The notes beneath the pieces were generated by a model. It searched no databases. It worked only from the letters and a program-made list of their open reading frames with translations, and had not been told where the DNA came from. Made by a program: the position numbers and the translations under genes. A stretch of DNA of 64,000 bases, taken from assembly GCF_030682035.1 (NCBI RefSeq), contig NZ_JAUXQZ010000031.1:20991-84990 (forward strand). Reading direction: 5' to 3'. How positions within the stretch are numbered: the first letter of the stretch is position 1; the number at the start of each line of letters is the position of its first letter. Positions 48,571-58,689 of the stretch are shown piece after piece. This DNA comes from Brevundimonas sp. (GTDB lineage Bacteria; Pseudomonadota; Alphaproteobacteria; Caulobacterales; Caulobacteraceae).

Positions 48571-48617
48571 GCCGCGCCAGCTTGATCGGCAGCAGTGTTA
48601 TGACTATCATGACCAAC

Positions 48618-48926
48618 ATGAAGCGCCCCGTCTATTCCAGGCCAGCACAAGATGCTGAGTGGTCCGTCGCGGAGGCCAAGGCCCGGTTCAGCGAGGTCGT
48701 GGCGAAGGCGAAGGCCGGCGTTCCGCAGCGGGTGACCCGCTACGGCAAGGATGAGGTTGTCGTCGTGTCGGTTGAGGACTGGCAGGCGCGTTGCCAAGGC
48801 AACCCTACCACGCCCGGCTCCGGGCCGAGTCTTTTCGATGTCTTTGAGCCCTTGATCGGCAGCGGGCTGGTTCTTGAGCACATGCCCGGCGGTTTGCGTG
48901 AGCCGCTGTTCGGGCACGACGATTGA
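48618..48926 (+). CDS. Phd/YefM family antitoxin
   Basis: WSVAEAKARFSEVV...PQRVTRYGK; alternative ATGs at 48600 and 48609. Confidence 0.88.
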   Translation: MKRPVYSRPAQDAEWSVAEAKARFSEVVAKAKAGVPQRVTRYGKDEVVVVSVEDWQARCQGNPTTPGSGPSLFDVFEPLIGSGLVLEHMPGGLREPLFGHDD

Positions 48927-49351
48927 ACTTTCTGATCGACACGAATGTGGTGTCGGAGCTCACCAAGGTTCCGCCGCATCAAGGGGTCATCGGCTGGCTC
49001 AGGGCGGTTCCGGCCAGCGAGGCCTGGATCAGCGTCGCGGTCATTGCTGAAATCCGCGCCGGCATCGAGCACAAGGCGATCAACAGGCACGGGGTCGATC
49101 TGGAGGCTTGGCTGGTCGGAACCCTTCTGCCACAGTTTGAGGGTCGCATCCTTGGCGTCGATGACCAGACAGCCCACCTCTGGGGTCGGTTCATGTACCA
49201 GGCCCGGATGTCGGGCGTGAAGGAACCGTTGATCGACGCCCTCGTCGCGGCCACCGCGATCACCCACGGGCTGGTCGTCGTGACCCGCAACGTCAAGCAT
49301 TTCGCGCGCCTCGGCGTGCCGGTGCTCAATCCCTGGATATTCGAAGCCTGA
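48923..49351 (+). CDS. VapC/FitB-like PIN-domain toxin
   Basis: LIDTNVVSE, AEIRAG, IDALVAATA, VTRNVKHF, NPW. Confidence 0.92.
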   Translation: MNFLIDTNVVSELTKVPPHQGVIGWLRAVPASEAWISVAVIAEIRAGIEHKAINRHGVDLEAWLVGTLLPQFEGRILGVDDQTAHLWGRFMYQARMSGVKEPLIDALVAATAITHGLVVVTRNVKHFARLGVPVLNPWIFEA

Positions 49352-49449
49352 GCGCCACGAAAGCGCCCGACGCCCTGCAAAGTAAACTGAACGTAAACCC
49401 GGAATGGGAGATCAAGGGGATCGGCCGCCCGCTCTGAGTTGATCCTTCC

Positions 49450-50385
49450 ATGACCCGCCCGTTCGCAGACCTGCACGTCGCCGTCCTGATGGGCGGACTG
49501 TCGTCCGAGCGAGAGGTGTCCCTGTCTTCCGGCGCGATGTGCGCCGACGCCCTGGAAGGGCAGGTGGCCAGGGTCAACCGCGTGGACGCCGGGCGTGATC
49601 TGGCCCAGGTGCTGGCCGCGCTGAAACCCGATGTCGTCTTCAACGCCCTGCACGGCGAATGGGGCGAGGACGGCTGCGTCCAGGGCGTGCTGGAGACGTT
49701 GGGTATTCCCTATACCCATTCCGGCGTGCTGGCTTCGGCCCTGGCCATGGACAAGGACAAGTCCAAGGCGGTGCTGAAGGCCGCGGGAGTCGTGGTGCCC
49801 GGGGGCGGGCTGTTCGACCGCCACGCGGTGTCGCGCACCCACGTCATCCCCCCGCCCTATGTGATCAAGCCCAACGCCGAAGGGTCCTCGGTCGGAGTCT
49901 ATCTGGTCCGCGAGGGCGAGCCGCCGTGCGCGGCCCCCGGCGAGGCATCCTGGACCTATGGCGAACAGGTGATGGTCGAGCCCTTCATCGCCGGCAAGGA
50001 GCTGGCCGTCACGGTGCTTGGGGAGAAGTCGGGACCGCGCGCCCTGACCATCACCGACATCACCCCGGCCAAGGGCTTCTATGACTATGAGGCCAAATAC
50101 GCCCCGGGGGGCTCCAGCCATGTGTTGCCGGCGATCCTGCCGGCTCATGTGTTCGAGCGTGCGCTGCGCGAATCCGAGCTGGCGCACACCGCCATGGGTT
50201 GCCGCGGCGTGTCCCGATCTGACTTTCGTTATGACGATATTAAGGACGAACTGGTCCTTCTGGAGGTCAATACCCAGCCCGGCATGACGCCGACCTCGCT
50301 CAGTCCCGAGCAGGCCGCCCATGTCGGGATGGATTATAAAACCCTGGTACGGTGGATGGTGGAGGACGCCTCATGCCCGCGGTAG
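49450..50385 (+). CDS. ddl: D-alanine--D-alanine ligase
   Basis: GGLSSEREVS, LHGEWGEDG, GSSVG, YDYEAKY, EVNTQPGMT. Confidence 0.97.
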   Translation: MTRPFADLHVAVLMGGLSSEREVSLSSGAMCADALEGQVARVNRVDAGRDLAQVLAALKPDVVFNALHGEWGEDGCVQGVLETLGIPYTHSGVLASALAMDKDKSKAVLKAAGVVVPGGGLFDRHAVSRTHVIPPPYVIKPNAEGSSVGVYLVREGEPPCAAPGEASWTYGEQVMVEPFIAGKELAVTVLGEKSGPRALTITDITPAKGFYDYEAKYAPGGSSHVLPAILPAHVFERALRESELAHTAMGCRGVSRSDFRYDDIKDELVLLEVNTQPGMTPTSLSPEQAAHVGMDYKTLVRWMVEDASCPR

Positions 50386-51260
50386 TTCGCGGCGGTCGGC
50401 GACAGAGTTCGAACCAGCCTGCAAAACGCGGCGCGGCTCCCAAATCCCAGGGACGCGGTCGCGCGCCGCGCAACGCCCAGGCTACGCCCGGGAAGATGGC
50501 GGCGCTGGGCCGGCTGGATCTGTCCCCCCGCGCAGTCGTGATTTCGATCGCCGCCGGCGCCCTGGTGCTGGCGGGCGTGCTGGCCACAGGGGCGCGGGCC
50601 GAGCGCATCAGCGCCTCAATCAGCCAGGGCATGGACGGCATGACCGCCGGTCTCGGCCTGAAGCTGGAAAAGGTTTTCATCGAGGGCGAGAGCCCCGAGG
50701 CCACCCGCGCCATTCAGCAGGCTGTGCAGCTGTCGGCTGACCAGCCGATGACCTCGATCGATCTCGACGCGGTGCGCGAGCGGGTCGAGGCGATCGGCTG
50801 GGTCAAGTCCGCGCGCGTCGTGCGCCTGCTGCCCGACACCCTGATCGTCCATGTCATCGAGCATGACCGGCTGGCCGTCTGGCAGACCGGCGGCGTGAAC
50901 CAGGTCATCGACAGCCACGGCGCGGTGATCGCCGGGGCCGACGCCGGCCGGTATCCGAACCTGCCGCTGGTCGTCGGCAAGGGCGCCGAACAGGCCGCCT
51001 CCGAGGTTCTGCCCCTGATCGCCCAGCGCCCCCGGCTGCAGAGCCGGGTCGAGGCCCTGGTGCGGGTGGATGAGCGGCGCTGGGACCTGCGGCTCAAGGA
51101 CGGCAGCCTGATCCAGTTGCCCGCCTCCAACCAGGAGGCGGCGTTGATCCAGCTGGACGCGCTGGACCAGCGCGAGCGGCTGCTGGAGCTGGGTTTCGCC
51201 CGGATTGACCTGAGAACGCCCGAGGAGGTCGCCGTCCGGCCCTCCGCTGGCGAAGCGTAG
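50373..51260 (+). CDS. ftsQ: Cell division protein FtsQ
   Basis: One TM segment, POTRA domain, RRWDL, IDLR; ATG at 50373. Confidence 0.94.
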   Translation: MPAVVRGGRRQSSNQPAKRGAAPKSQGRGRAPRNAQATPGKMAALGRLDLSPRAVVISIAAGALVLAGVLATGARAERISASISQGMDGMTAGLGLKLEKVFIEGESPEATRAIQQAVQLSADQPMTSIDLDAVRERVEAIGWVKSARVVRLLPDTLIVHVIEHDRLAVWQTGGVNQVIDSHGAVIAGADAGRYPNLPLVVGKGAEQAASEVLPLIAQRPRLQSRVEALVRVDERRWDLRLKDGSLIQLPASNQEAALIQLDALDQRERLLELGFARIDLRTPEEVAVRPSAGEA

Positions 51261-51274
51261 AGCGGGGAAGACGT

Positions 51275-52603
51275 ATGACCGGACGGTCTGTGGACAAGTC
51301 TGTGGATAGCGCGGGCCAGAAGGCGGGCAGGGCGCCTGTGGTCGCCGCGCTCGACCTCGGGCAGTCCAAGGTCGCCTGTTTCATCATGAAAGCCGACGGC
51401 GTGCGCCACGCTGACCGCACTATCCGGGTCGCCGGGGCGGGGCACGTCCAGTCGCGCGGCGTGCGCGGCGGCGGCATCGTCAATATGGATGAGGCGGCGC
51501 AGGCCATCGGCCATGCGGTCGAGCGCGCCGAACGCGCCGCCGGCTGCCCGGTCTCGGGCGTTGTCGTGACCACGGCCATCGGTCAGATGGCCAGCCACCG
51601 GGTTCAGGCCCGGGTCTCGCTGGGGGCCAACCCCGTCGGAGACGCCGATCTGGCGCGGGCTATCGGCATGGCTCTGGCCCAGATCCGCCTGCCCAACCGT
51701 CGGCCCATCCATGTCCTGCCGATCGTCTGGTCGGTCGACGGCGCGCGCGGCGTGCATGATCCGCGCTCGATGAAGGGCCATTCGCTTGGGCTGGACCTGC
51801 TGGTCGTGTCCATGGCCGAGAGCGCCTTCAACGGGCTGAGTCATTGTCTCGAGCTGGCCCATCTCGATCTTCAGGGCGTGGCGGCGGCGCCGGTGGTGTC
51901 GTCCCTGGCGGCGCTGGAAGACGATGAGATGGACCTCGGTTGTGTCTGTATCGACATGGGTGGCGGCTCGACCTCGGCGGCGGTCTGGGGCGGGCGTTCG
52001 CTGCTGCATATCGAGTCGCTGAACGTCGGCGGCGATCATGTCACCGCTGACATCGCCCGCGGCCTGTCGACCTCAAGGGCCGGGGCCGAGCGTCTGAAGA
52101 CCCTGCATGGCTCGGCCATGGCCAACGCCCATGAGGACCGCGAGATGCTGGAGGCCCCGCCGCGCGGGGAGGACGCCTCGGCCGGCCCGATCTTCGTCCA
52201 GCGCGCCATGCTGAAGACCGTCATCGCCCCGCGGGTCGAGGAGACGCTGGAGCTGTTGCGTGACCGGCTGCGCAACGCCGGCGTGGGCCTGGAGCCCGGC
52301 GCAGGTCTGGTGCTGACCGGCGGGGCCAGCCAGCTGAACGGCGTACGGGAGCTGGCGATCCGGGTGTTCGACCGCCCCGTGCGGCTCGGCAAGCCCCAGC
52401 GCGCGCCCCACCTGGCCGACGCCGCCTCGGGTCCGGCCTTCTGTTCGGCGGCGGGCGTTCTGCTGCGCGCCGCCTATGGGCCGCGCGAGGCGGTCTCGGC
52501 CCGCAAACTGATGTCACGCCAGATTTCGGCGGCCGATGCGCCCCGCGTTCACCGGGGCGGCGTCGTGGCCCGGGCCGCAGGCTGGCTGCGCGAGAACCTG
52601 TAG
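51275..52603 (+). CDS. ftsA: Cell division protein FtsA
   Basis: LDLGQSK, IDMGGG, GGDHVTADIA, LTGGASQL, C-terminal WLRENL. Confidence 0.96.
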   Translation: MTGRSVDKSVDSAGQKAGRAPVVAALDLGQSKVACFIMKADGVRHADRTIRVAGAGHVQSRGVRGGGIVNMDEAAQAIGHAVERAERAAGCPVSGVVVTTAIGQMASHRVQARVSLGANPVGDADLARAIGMALAQIRLPNRRPIHVLPIVWSVDGARGVHDPRSMKGHSLGLDLLVVSMAESAFNGLSHCLELAHLDLQGVAAAPVVSSLAALEDDEMDLGCVCIDMGGGSTSAAVWGGRSLLHIESLNVGGDHVTADIARGLSTSRAGAERLKTLHGSAMANAHEDREMLEAPPRGEDASAGPIFVQRAMLKTVIAPRVEETLELLRDRLRNAGVGLEPGAGLVLTGGASQLNGVRELAIRVFDRPVRLGKPQRAPHLADAASGPAFCSAAGVLLRAAYGPREAVSARKLMSRQISAADAPRVHRGGVVARAAGWLRENL

Positions 52604-52995
52604 CCACGGCTTTGCCCGGCTAAAGCCTTGCCGGACCCGCGTTCGACGCCATCGTCAAATAACGCTGCGCCGGGGGCAGGACCACGTCGGCGGCGTTGCA
52701 CCCGAAAAAACAGTGCAAATGGTGCAATCGGTGCAAGGCGGTCGTCGGGGCCGGCTTCGCCTTGATTGGCGCCGTGGCGGTTCGATTGTCAAAGACCGGA
52801 ATGATGACCGGCCATTGTACCGCGGGTTCGGCCCGGGGTGCGCAACTCCGAGCGCTGAAAGCGCAGGGCGTTGAACGGGCCGGAGGTTTTCCGCTGAAAG
52901 CGACCATAATTTCATGAGCGTCACGCGCGCGGGGCGGCCGCGGCGTCCGGGATGACGCCTCGGCTCAAGTCTGGGGCTCAACCTCGTCTGAGCCC

Positions 52996-53031
52996 AAAAG
53001 AAAACGCCGGCGGGAGCAAGTCCCGCCGGCG
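52996..53031 (-). terminator. Rho-independent terminator of the TonB receptor gene
   Basis: CGCCGGCGGGA-GCAAG-TCCCGCCGGCG followed by TTTTCTTTT on the minus strand. Confidence 0.88.
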
Positions 53032-53057
53032 CAGTCATTTCGACGATGGGCGGTTCC

Positions 53058-56000
53058 CTAGAAGGAGCCGCTCAAGGTGAACAGGTAGCTCCGGCCGACA
53101 GCGTCGGAGACGATACCGATGTCCTCGCGCGGACCGCGGGTGTTGAACAGGTTGTTCACGGTCATGCGGATGTTGATGTTGTCCCGCAGCTCGTAGGCTG
53201 CGGTGTAGTTGGCGAACAGTACACCATCCAGCTCAAAGCCGTCGGTCTGCTCGGGGAAGGTGGCCCGGTTGGTCTGGATGTTGGCGACCGTGCCGCTGGC
53301 GTAAAGCATGGTCAGGCGGTGGTCGAAGCGGCCCATCCGGTGGTTGATGTCGCCGCGGAACTCCCAATCGGCGAAGCCGCCTTCACCGGCTTGCTTGTTG
53401 GTGTCGAGGAAGGTTCCGCTGGGGGATACGTCGTACTGTTGCAGCTGATAGGCCGAACCCGACAGGAAGATGTCGCCCCAATTCGACGCCCAGGCGCCGA
53501 ACGCCTCCTCGATCGAGAAGTTGTAGCGCGCCTCAAGGGTGAGGGCCCGCAGACGGGTCGAGGCCAGGTTGAGGTTCGAGAAGGCGAACCACGATGCCTG
53601 GAACGGCTGGTTGACGACCGAGGGCGCGCCGGGGTTGGTGACCGGAGACGCCGGACGACCGGTCAGCGGGCTGTTCACGGGGTTGATGAAGTTGCCGTCA
53701 GGTCCGCGGACCCCGATCTGGAACAGGTCGCAGGCCGGGGTGCCGTTCAGCAACGAGCCCGGGAAGTCGGCCGAGTCGAAGCACGCGTTCGTCGTCGTGT
53801 TCGGACCGACCAAGCCGACCTGATTCGTGATTTCCGCGTCGTAATAGTCGGCGGCGAGGGTCAGGCGCGGAATCCAGCGCGGGGTGAAGGTGACGCCGTA
53901 GCCGAAGGCTTCCGATTCCTCGTTGGAGAGGAAGGGGTTGCCGGTCACGGCGGCAGGACGCGTACCCGCCACGCTGACATAGCTGGCGAGGAAGGTTTCG
54001 GCCTCAGCGCGATTGGAAGCCGCCCCGGTCAGGATCGCCGCCTGGATGCAGTTCTCCCGACGGATGGCCGGGGCTGGTCCCTGACCGATCGTGGTGGTCG
54101 AGCAGGGGATCAGGTTGGCGCCGGTGAAGGCGGACTGCGGCGAACCAAACAGTTCGGTGATCGAGGCCGATCGCACCGAGGTCGACTTATTGGCCCGGAA
54201 CTGCAGGTCCTGACTGACCTGCCAGCGCAGGCTGGCCTGATAGACGTCATCGGTGGTGCCGGGCGAATCGGCGACGCCCGCCGTCGTGGTCCTGCCGTCC
54301 CGATCGACGATCCGGTAGGCGCCGCTGAGTTCCAGCGCCTCGAAAAGCGGGAAGTTGAAGCCCTCGCCGAAGATCGGGATCGAGACCTCGTAGCCGTACT
54401 CCAGGAACCTCGTCTCGCCGAAGCTCCCCGGGATGACGGCGCTACGGCCCAGGCCCAGCGCGGCATCGCGGTTGGGCGTAAACCTCAGCGATTCATTGCG
54501 CCACTCGATCTGGGCGCCGGCGCTGATCCAACCGCCTGGCAGGCGGAAGATTTCGCCGCCGAGGGATGCCGCCAGATAATGCTGGCGACCTTCGTTGGCC
54601 GATCCGGTGTCGCCGAGGAGGTTGTCGCGCAGGGCATCGGTCACCGTGGCGTTGTTCTCGCCGAAGATGCTGAAGGGGATGCAGGCGGCCACCGCGTCCC
54701 TGCTGGGAACGAGGCCCACCAAGGTGGCGATATTCGCGAGGGAGGGGTCGCGGTTCGCGATGCTTTCCGGGTTGGCCAGGGTCTGTTGACGGCAGACCGG
54801 TTGGCCGTTGGGGCCGGTCACGACATCGACGGCCATGGCGAACTCGTGGTCGAGTATGGCTGTGCCGAAGTTTTCGATGTCGTTCTGGCCGTAGACGTAG
54901 GCGGCGTCCCAGTAGAACCGGCGGTCCCAGAGACCGAACTGACCTTCCAGAGACTGGGCGGTGCGGAACAGTTGGACGTCATTGCCGGATCTGGTCGGGC
55001 CGGCGATGTCGGCGAGCGCGCGACCGACATACAGGACGCGCTGACCGTTGAGAGTCGGAATGGTCAGACCCTGAGCGACCAGGGCGTTGATGGCCGGAAG
55101 GTTGGAAGCGAAGAAGGGGTTCTGGTCGATATAGACCGGAATGTTGCGGTTGCCGGCGGTGGTCGAACCGGCCGGCGCGTTGGAGTTGGCGGCGCCGATC
55201 GAGCGGTACTGGATATCGCTGTAGAGATACTCACCCTTGTAGGTGATGCTGGGGGTGATGTCGAAGCGGGTCAGGGCCGAGAAGCTGGCACGCTCGGTCG
55301 ATGACTGCAGGTTGCCGTATCCACGCGCGGCGTTCGAGAAACCATCGCCGCCCACACCGGTGCCCAGGGTGCCCAGGGCGGGATCGCCGATGTTGAACGG
55401 CACGAGGGTGCCCGAGCTGTTGAACTGCAGCGGCACCGCAATACGCGGGAACAAGGCCGAGGTTGCCGGATCAGTGTTCCGGATGGTCGGCAGGAAGCCG
55501 AGCGGCGATCCGGCCCCGGCTCCTTGGGCGCCGTAGAAGGTGCCGATGAACAACAGCGGACTCACGCCCGGATTGGCCGCGAAATACTCTTGGGGCGTCG
55601 GGCGGTTACGCTGCAGCAGATTGACGGCCAGAGCATTGCGCTGGGCCGCGGTCAGAGTGGCGGGGTTGGTTCCGGGCGCGAAGCGGAGGATGACCGACTC
55701 CGCCGTTATACCGGCTGGCAGGCTGGTTGGGGCGAAGACGGTGAAGCCTTCGGCATCCCGGCCGGCCAGCGCTGCCGCCACGGCCGTTTGCGGGATGAAG
55801 AAGGAGTTGTTCGAGGCGCCAAGCTGGAAGGAGTTTCCGGTCATCAGCAGACCGCCGGCCGAGAACGAACCGTTGGTCAGGTCCCGAGCGAAGATCGCGC
55901 CAGGCTGGAAGTCTTCATTGCCGGGCAGGAAGACAGAGGCAGGCGCCCGCGGATCGCCGAACGTCCCGTCTCGTCGGATCTGCGAGTTCCGGGGGTTCAG

Positions 56001-56768
56001 GATGCCGCCCGGATTGATCGTATAGTCACGATCGCCACCGATCGGGATCAGCTCCTGCTTGAAGTAGTCCAGCGCCAGGGTGATGTTGGCCTGGTCATTG
56101 TAGAAATTCGTGCCCCATGTCACGGCGCCGCGATAGCGCTGGCCATCGCCGTAGTCGGTGATGCCGTACTGGGTCAGGACGTCCAGACCCTCGAAGTCGT
56201 CCTTGAGGACAAAGTTGATGACGCCGCCGACGGCATCGGCGCCGTAGATGGCGCCGCCGGTCAGGGGCGTGACCTCGACGCGCTGGATTAGCGAGGGCGG
56301 CAGGGAGGTGATGTCGACCTGGGCGCCGGTGGCGTTGTCAGGAACGAAGACGGAATTCTGGTTGCCCGAGATGAAGCGACGGCCGTTGACCAAGGTCAGG
56401 GTGCGCTGGGTGCCGAGGTTGAACAGGTCGGCGAAGGCGAAGTTGTCACCGAACTGCGTATTCGCGCCGCGCGAGTTGGACCCGGCGCCCACCAGCGGGA
56501 TGTCCTCGATCACGTCGATGGCGTTGCCGACGGCAGTCTTTTCGAACTCTTCCTCACTGACGGTCAGAACCGGAGTGGGATTGTCGAAACGCTCGCGGCG
56601 TAGCCGCGAGCCGGTGACGACGACTTCGTCGATTTCGCTCGGCTGGTCCTCTGTCTGCTGCGACGCCGGGGATCCGCTGACGGCCGTCTGTGCATGGGCG
56701 GGCAGTACCGCGAAGCAAAGCACGCTCGCGAGGATGGAGGTGCCCAAGAGAGTGGATTTCACGGTCAT
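53058..56768 (-). CDS. Very large TonB-dependent receptor (1236 aa)
   Basis: Signal peptide, TonB box EVVVTGSR, plug (RTLTLVNGRR, GAIYGADAVGGVINF), NNLFN, terminal F. Confidence 0.95.
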   Translation of the reverse strand: MTVKSTLLGTSILASVLCFAVLPAHAQTAVSGSPASQQTEDQPSEIDEVVVTGSRLRRERFDNPTPVLTVSEEEFEKTAVGNAIDVIEDIPLVGAGSNSRGANTQFGDNFAFADLFNLGTQRTLTLVNGRRFISGNQNSVFVPDNATGAQVDITSLPPSLIQRVEVTPLTGGAIYGADAVGGVINFVLKDDFEGLDVLTQYGITDYGDGQRYRGAVTWGTNFYNDQANITLALDYFKQELIPIGGDRDYTINPGGILNPRNSQIRRDGTFGDPRAPASVFLPGNEDFQPGAIFARDLTNGSFSAGGLLMTGNSFQLGASNNSFFIPQTAVAAALAGRDAEGFTVFAPTSLPAGITAESVILRFAPGTNPATLTAAQRNALAVNLLQRNRPTPQEYFAANPGVSPLLFIGTFYGAQGAGAGSPLGFLPTIRNTDPATSALFPRIAVPLQFNSSGTLVPFNIGDPALGTLGTGVGGDGFSNAARGYGNLQSSTERASFSALTRFDITPSITYKGEYLYSDIQYRSIGAANSNAPAGSTTAGNRNIPVYIDQNPFFASNLPAINALVAQGLTIPTLNGQRVLYVGRALADIAGPTRSGNDVQLFRTAQSLEGQFGLWDRRFYWDAAYVYGQNDIENFGTAILDHEFAMAVDVVTGPNGQPVCRQQTLANPESIANRDPSLANIATLVGLVPSRDAVAACIPFSIFGENNATVTDALRDNLLGDTGSANEGRQHYLAASLGGEIFRLPGGWISAGAQIEWRNESLRFTPNRDAALGLGRSAVIPGSFGETRFLEYGYEVSIPIFGEGFNFPLFEALELSGAYRIVDRDGRTTTAGVADSPGTTDDVYQASLRWQVSQDLQFRANKSTSVRSASITELFGSPQSAFTGANLIPCSTTTIGQGPAPAIRRENCIQAAILTGAASNRAEAETFLASYVSVAGTRPAAVTGNPFLSNEESEAFGYGVTFTPRWIPRLTLAADYYDAEITNQVGLVGPNTTTNACFDSADFPGSLLNGTPACDLFQIGVRGPDGNFINPVNSPLTGRPASPVTNPGAPSVVNQPFQASWFAFSNLNLASTRLRALTLEARYNFSIEEAFGAWASNWGDIFLSGSAYQLQQYDVSPSGTFLDTNKQAGEGGFADWEFRGDINHRMGRFDHRLTMLYASGTVANIQTNRATFPEQTDGFELDGVLFANYTAAYELRDNINIRMTVNNLFNTRGPREDIGIVSDAVGRSYLFTLSGSF

Positions 56769-56964
56769 ATCAAATGAGCCCTTTTATTGTGACAACGGCC
56801 AGAATAAGGCAGCGTATCATACGGTGTTTGCAGGATCGCATTGCAGCGGCAACTCTTTCCTGCCGCAATGCGACAATATGTGTCATAAATGGTGCGCAAA
56901 TGCCACATTTTCGCCTCGCGGGCCTAAGCGCCGGTTTATGACCGAACGGCTTTCGCTACGGTCG

Positions 56965-57028
56965 CGACTCAGCCTATCGGGTAACACTCCTTTAAGCAGT
57001 TCGGGCGCTTCCTTAACGCGCTCATAAC
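56965..57028 (+). promoter_or_regulatory. ftsZ promoter region with CGACTC (CcrM site) and two CtrA-like boxes
   Basis: CGACTC at 56965-56970; GTAA-N7-TTAA at 56981-56995; TTAA-N7-ATAAC at 57013-57028. Confidence 0.7.
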
Positions 57029-57093
57029 CAATGCGAAACGGCGGGGTTTTCGCATCGGACTGCAGGGGCAGGGTCGGATAAGGTCGGAATAGA

Positions 57094-58689
57094 ATGTCTC
57101 TCTCGCTGGTGCGTCCTCAAGCCACGGATTTGAAGCCGCGGATCGTCGTTTTCGGTGTCGGCGGCGCCGGTGGAAACGCCGTGAACAACATGATCGACGC
57201 GGGCCTTGAAGGGGTCGAGTTCGTCGTGGCCAACACCGACGCCCAGCATCTGTCGTTCGCCAAGACCGACCGCCGCATCCAGCTGGGCGAGACGATTACC
57301 CAAGGGTTGGGCGCGGGCGCTCATCCCGAAGTCGGCATGAACGCCGCCGAGGAATCGGCCGAGGAAATCTACGGGCACCTGGACGGCGCCCACATGGTCT
57401 TCATCACCGCCGGCATGGGCGGCGGCACCGGCACCGGCGCCGCGCCCGTCATCGCCAAATGCGCCCGCGACCGGGGCATCCTGACGGTTGGCGTCGTGAC
57501 CAAGCCCTTCACCTTCGAAGGCCGTCACCGCATGCGTCTGGCCGACGCGGGCATCGCCGAGCTGCAGCGCTACGTCGACACCCTGATCGTCATTCCGAAC
57601 CAGAACCTGTTCCGCGTCGCCAACGAACGCACCACCTTCGCCGACGCATTCGGCATGGCCGACCAGGTGCTGCATTCGGGCGTGCGCTCGATCACCGACC
57701 TGATGATCCTGCCGGGCCTGATCAATCTCGACTTCGCCGACGTCCGCGCCGTCATGTCCGAAATGGGCAAGGCGATGATGGGCACGGGCGAGGCCTCGGG
57801 CGAGGACCGCGCGTTGCAGGCCGCCCAGAATGCCATCGCCAACCCGCTGCTGGACGAGACGTCGCTGAAGGGCGCCAAGGCCGTGCTGGTGAACATCACC
57901 GGCGGCATGGACATGACCCTGCTGGAAGTCGATGAAGCCGCCAACGCCATCGCCGGCGAGGTGGACGCCGACGCCAACATCATCTTCGGCGCCGCCTTCG
58001 ATCCTGCCCTGGACGGCAAGATCCGCGTCTCGGTCGTGGCCACCGGCATGGAAGACCTGGCCGCGGTCAAGCCCACGCCGAACGCCGCGACCTCGGTGTT
58101 CGACACCCGCCGCCCGACCCCGGCCCATGCCGCGTCGCGTGCGGAGCCCGTGCGTCATGACCCCGTCCGCGAGCCGGCCCGGGCCGAGACATCGCGTCAG
58201 GCGGAAGCCGCGCCGATCGTTCCGACCTTTCAGTCCAACCAGGCGACCTATGGCACTGCGGCCCGCGCCCCCGAACCCCGTTTCGAGCCGCGCCCGGAAC
58301 CTGTGATCCACGTCGCCGAGGAACGCGCCCTCGAGCCGATCGTCGATCCCTGGGTCGAGGAATATGAGTCCGCACCGCGCAGCCACACGGTCGCGGAAGC
58401 CGCCGCGCCGGTGGCGCAGGGCGACCTGTATATGGATCGCTCGACCGCCCCACAGCCGACGCCGCAGCATGACGAGCGGGCCTACGATGACTATGATGAC
58501 CGGGACCACCGCAAGTCGGGATGGAGCCTGTTCGGCCGCGGCAAGCGCCAACCGGCCCAGCCGACCTATCCAGCCCCGTCGCGGACGACCGAAATGCGCG
58601 CGACCAGCCAGACGCAGCCGGCTCTCGAGCCGGGTGAGGCCGAGGATGATCTGGAAATCCCGTCCTTCCTGAGACGCCTCGCGAACTAG
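57094..58689 (+). CDS. ftsZ: Cell division protein FtsZ
   Basis: GGGTGTG, NLDFAD, long linker, C-terminal [12 protein letters not shown]. Confidence 0.99.
   Translation: MSLSLVRPQATDLKPRIVVFGVGGAGGNAVNNMIDAGLEGVEFVVANTDAQHLSFAKTDRRIQLGETITQGLGAGAHPEVGMNAAEESAEEIYGHLDGAHMVFITAGMGGGTGTGAAPVIAKCARDRGILTVGVVTKPFTFEGRHRMRLADAGIAELQRYVDTLIVIPNQNLFRVANERTTFADAFGMADQVLHSGVRSITDLMILPGLINLDFADVRAVMSEMGKAMMGTGEASGEDRALQAAQNAIANPLLDETSLKGAKAVLVNITGGMDMTLLEVDEAANAIAGEVDADANIIFGAAFDPALDGKIRVSVVATGMEDLAAVKPTPNAATSVFDTRRPTPAHAASRAEPVRHDPVREPARAETSRQAEAAPIVPTFQSNQATYGTAARAPEPRFEPRPEPVIHVAEERALEPIVDPWVEEYESAPRSHTVAEAAAPVAQGDLYMDRSTAPQPTPQHDERAYDDYDDRDHRKSGWSLFGRGKRQPAQPTYPAPSRTTEMRATSQTQPALEPGEAEDDLEIPSFLRRLAN

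Noticed and set aside
52620-53038. Short ORFs in the ftsA downstream spacer, including a CxxCxxC-like peptide
   Set aside because: No RBS and atypical codons; the Cys pattern is a by-product of the 9-bp DNA repeat.
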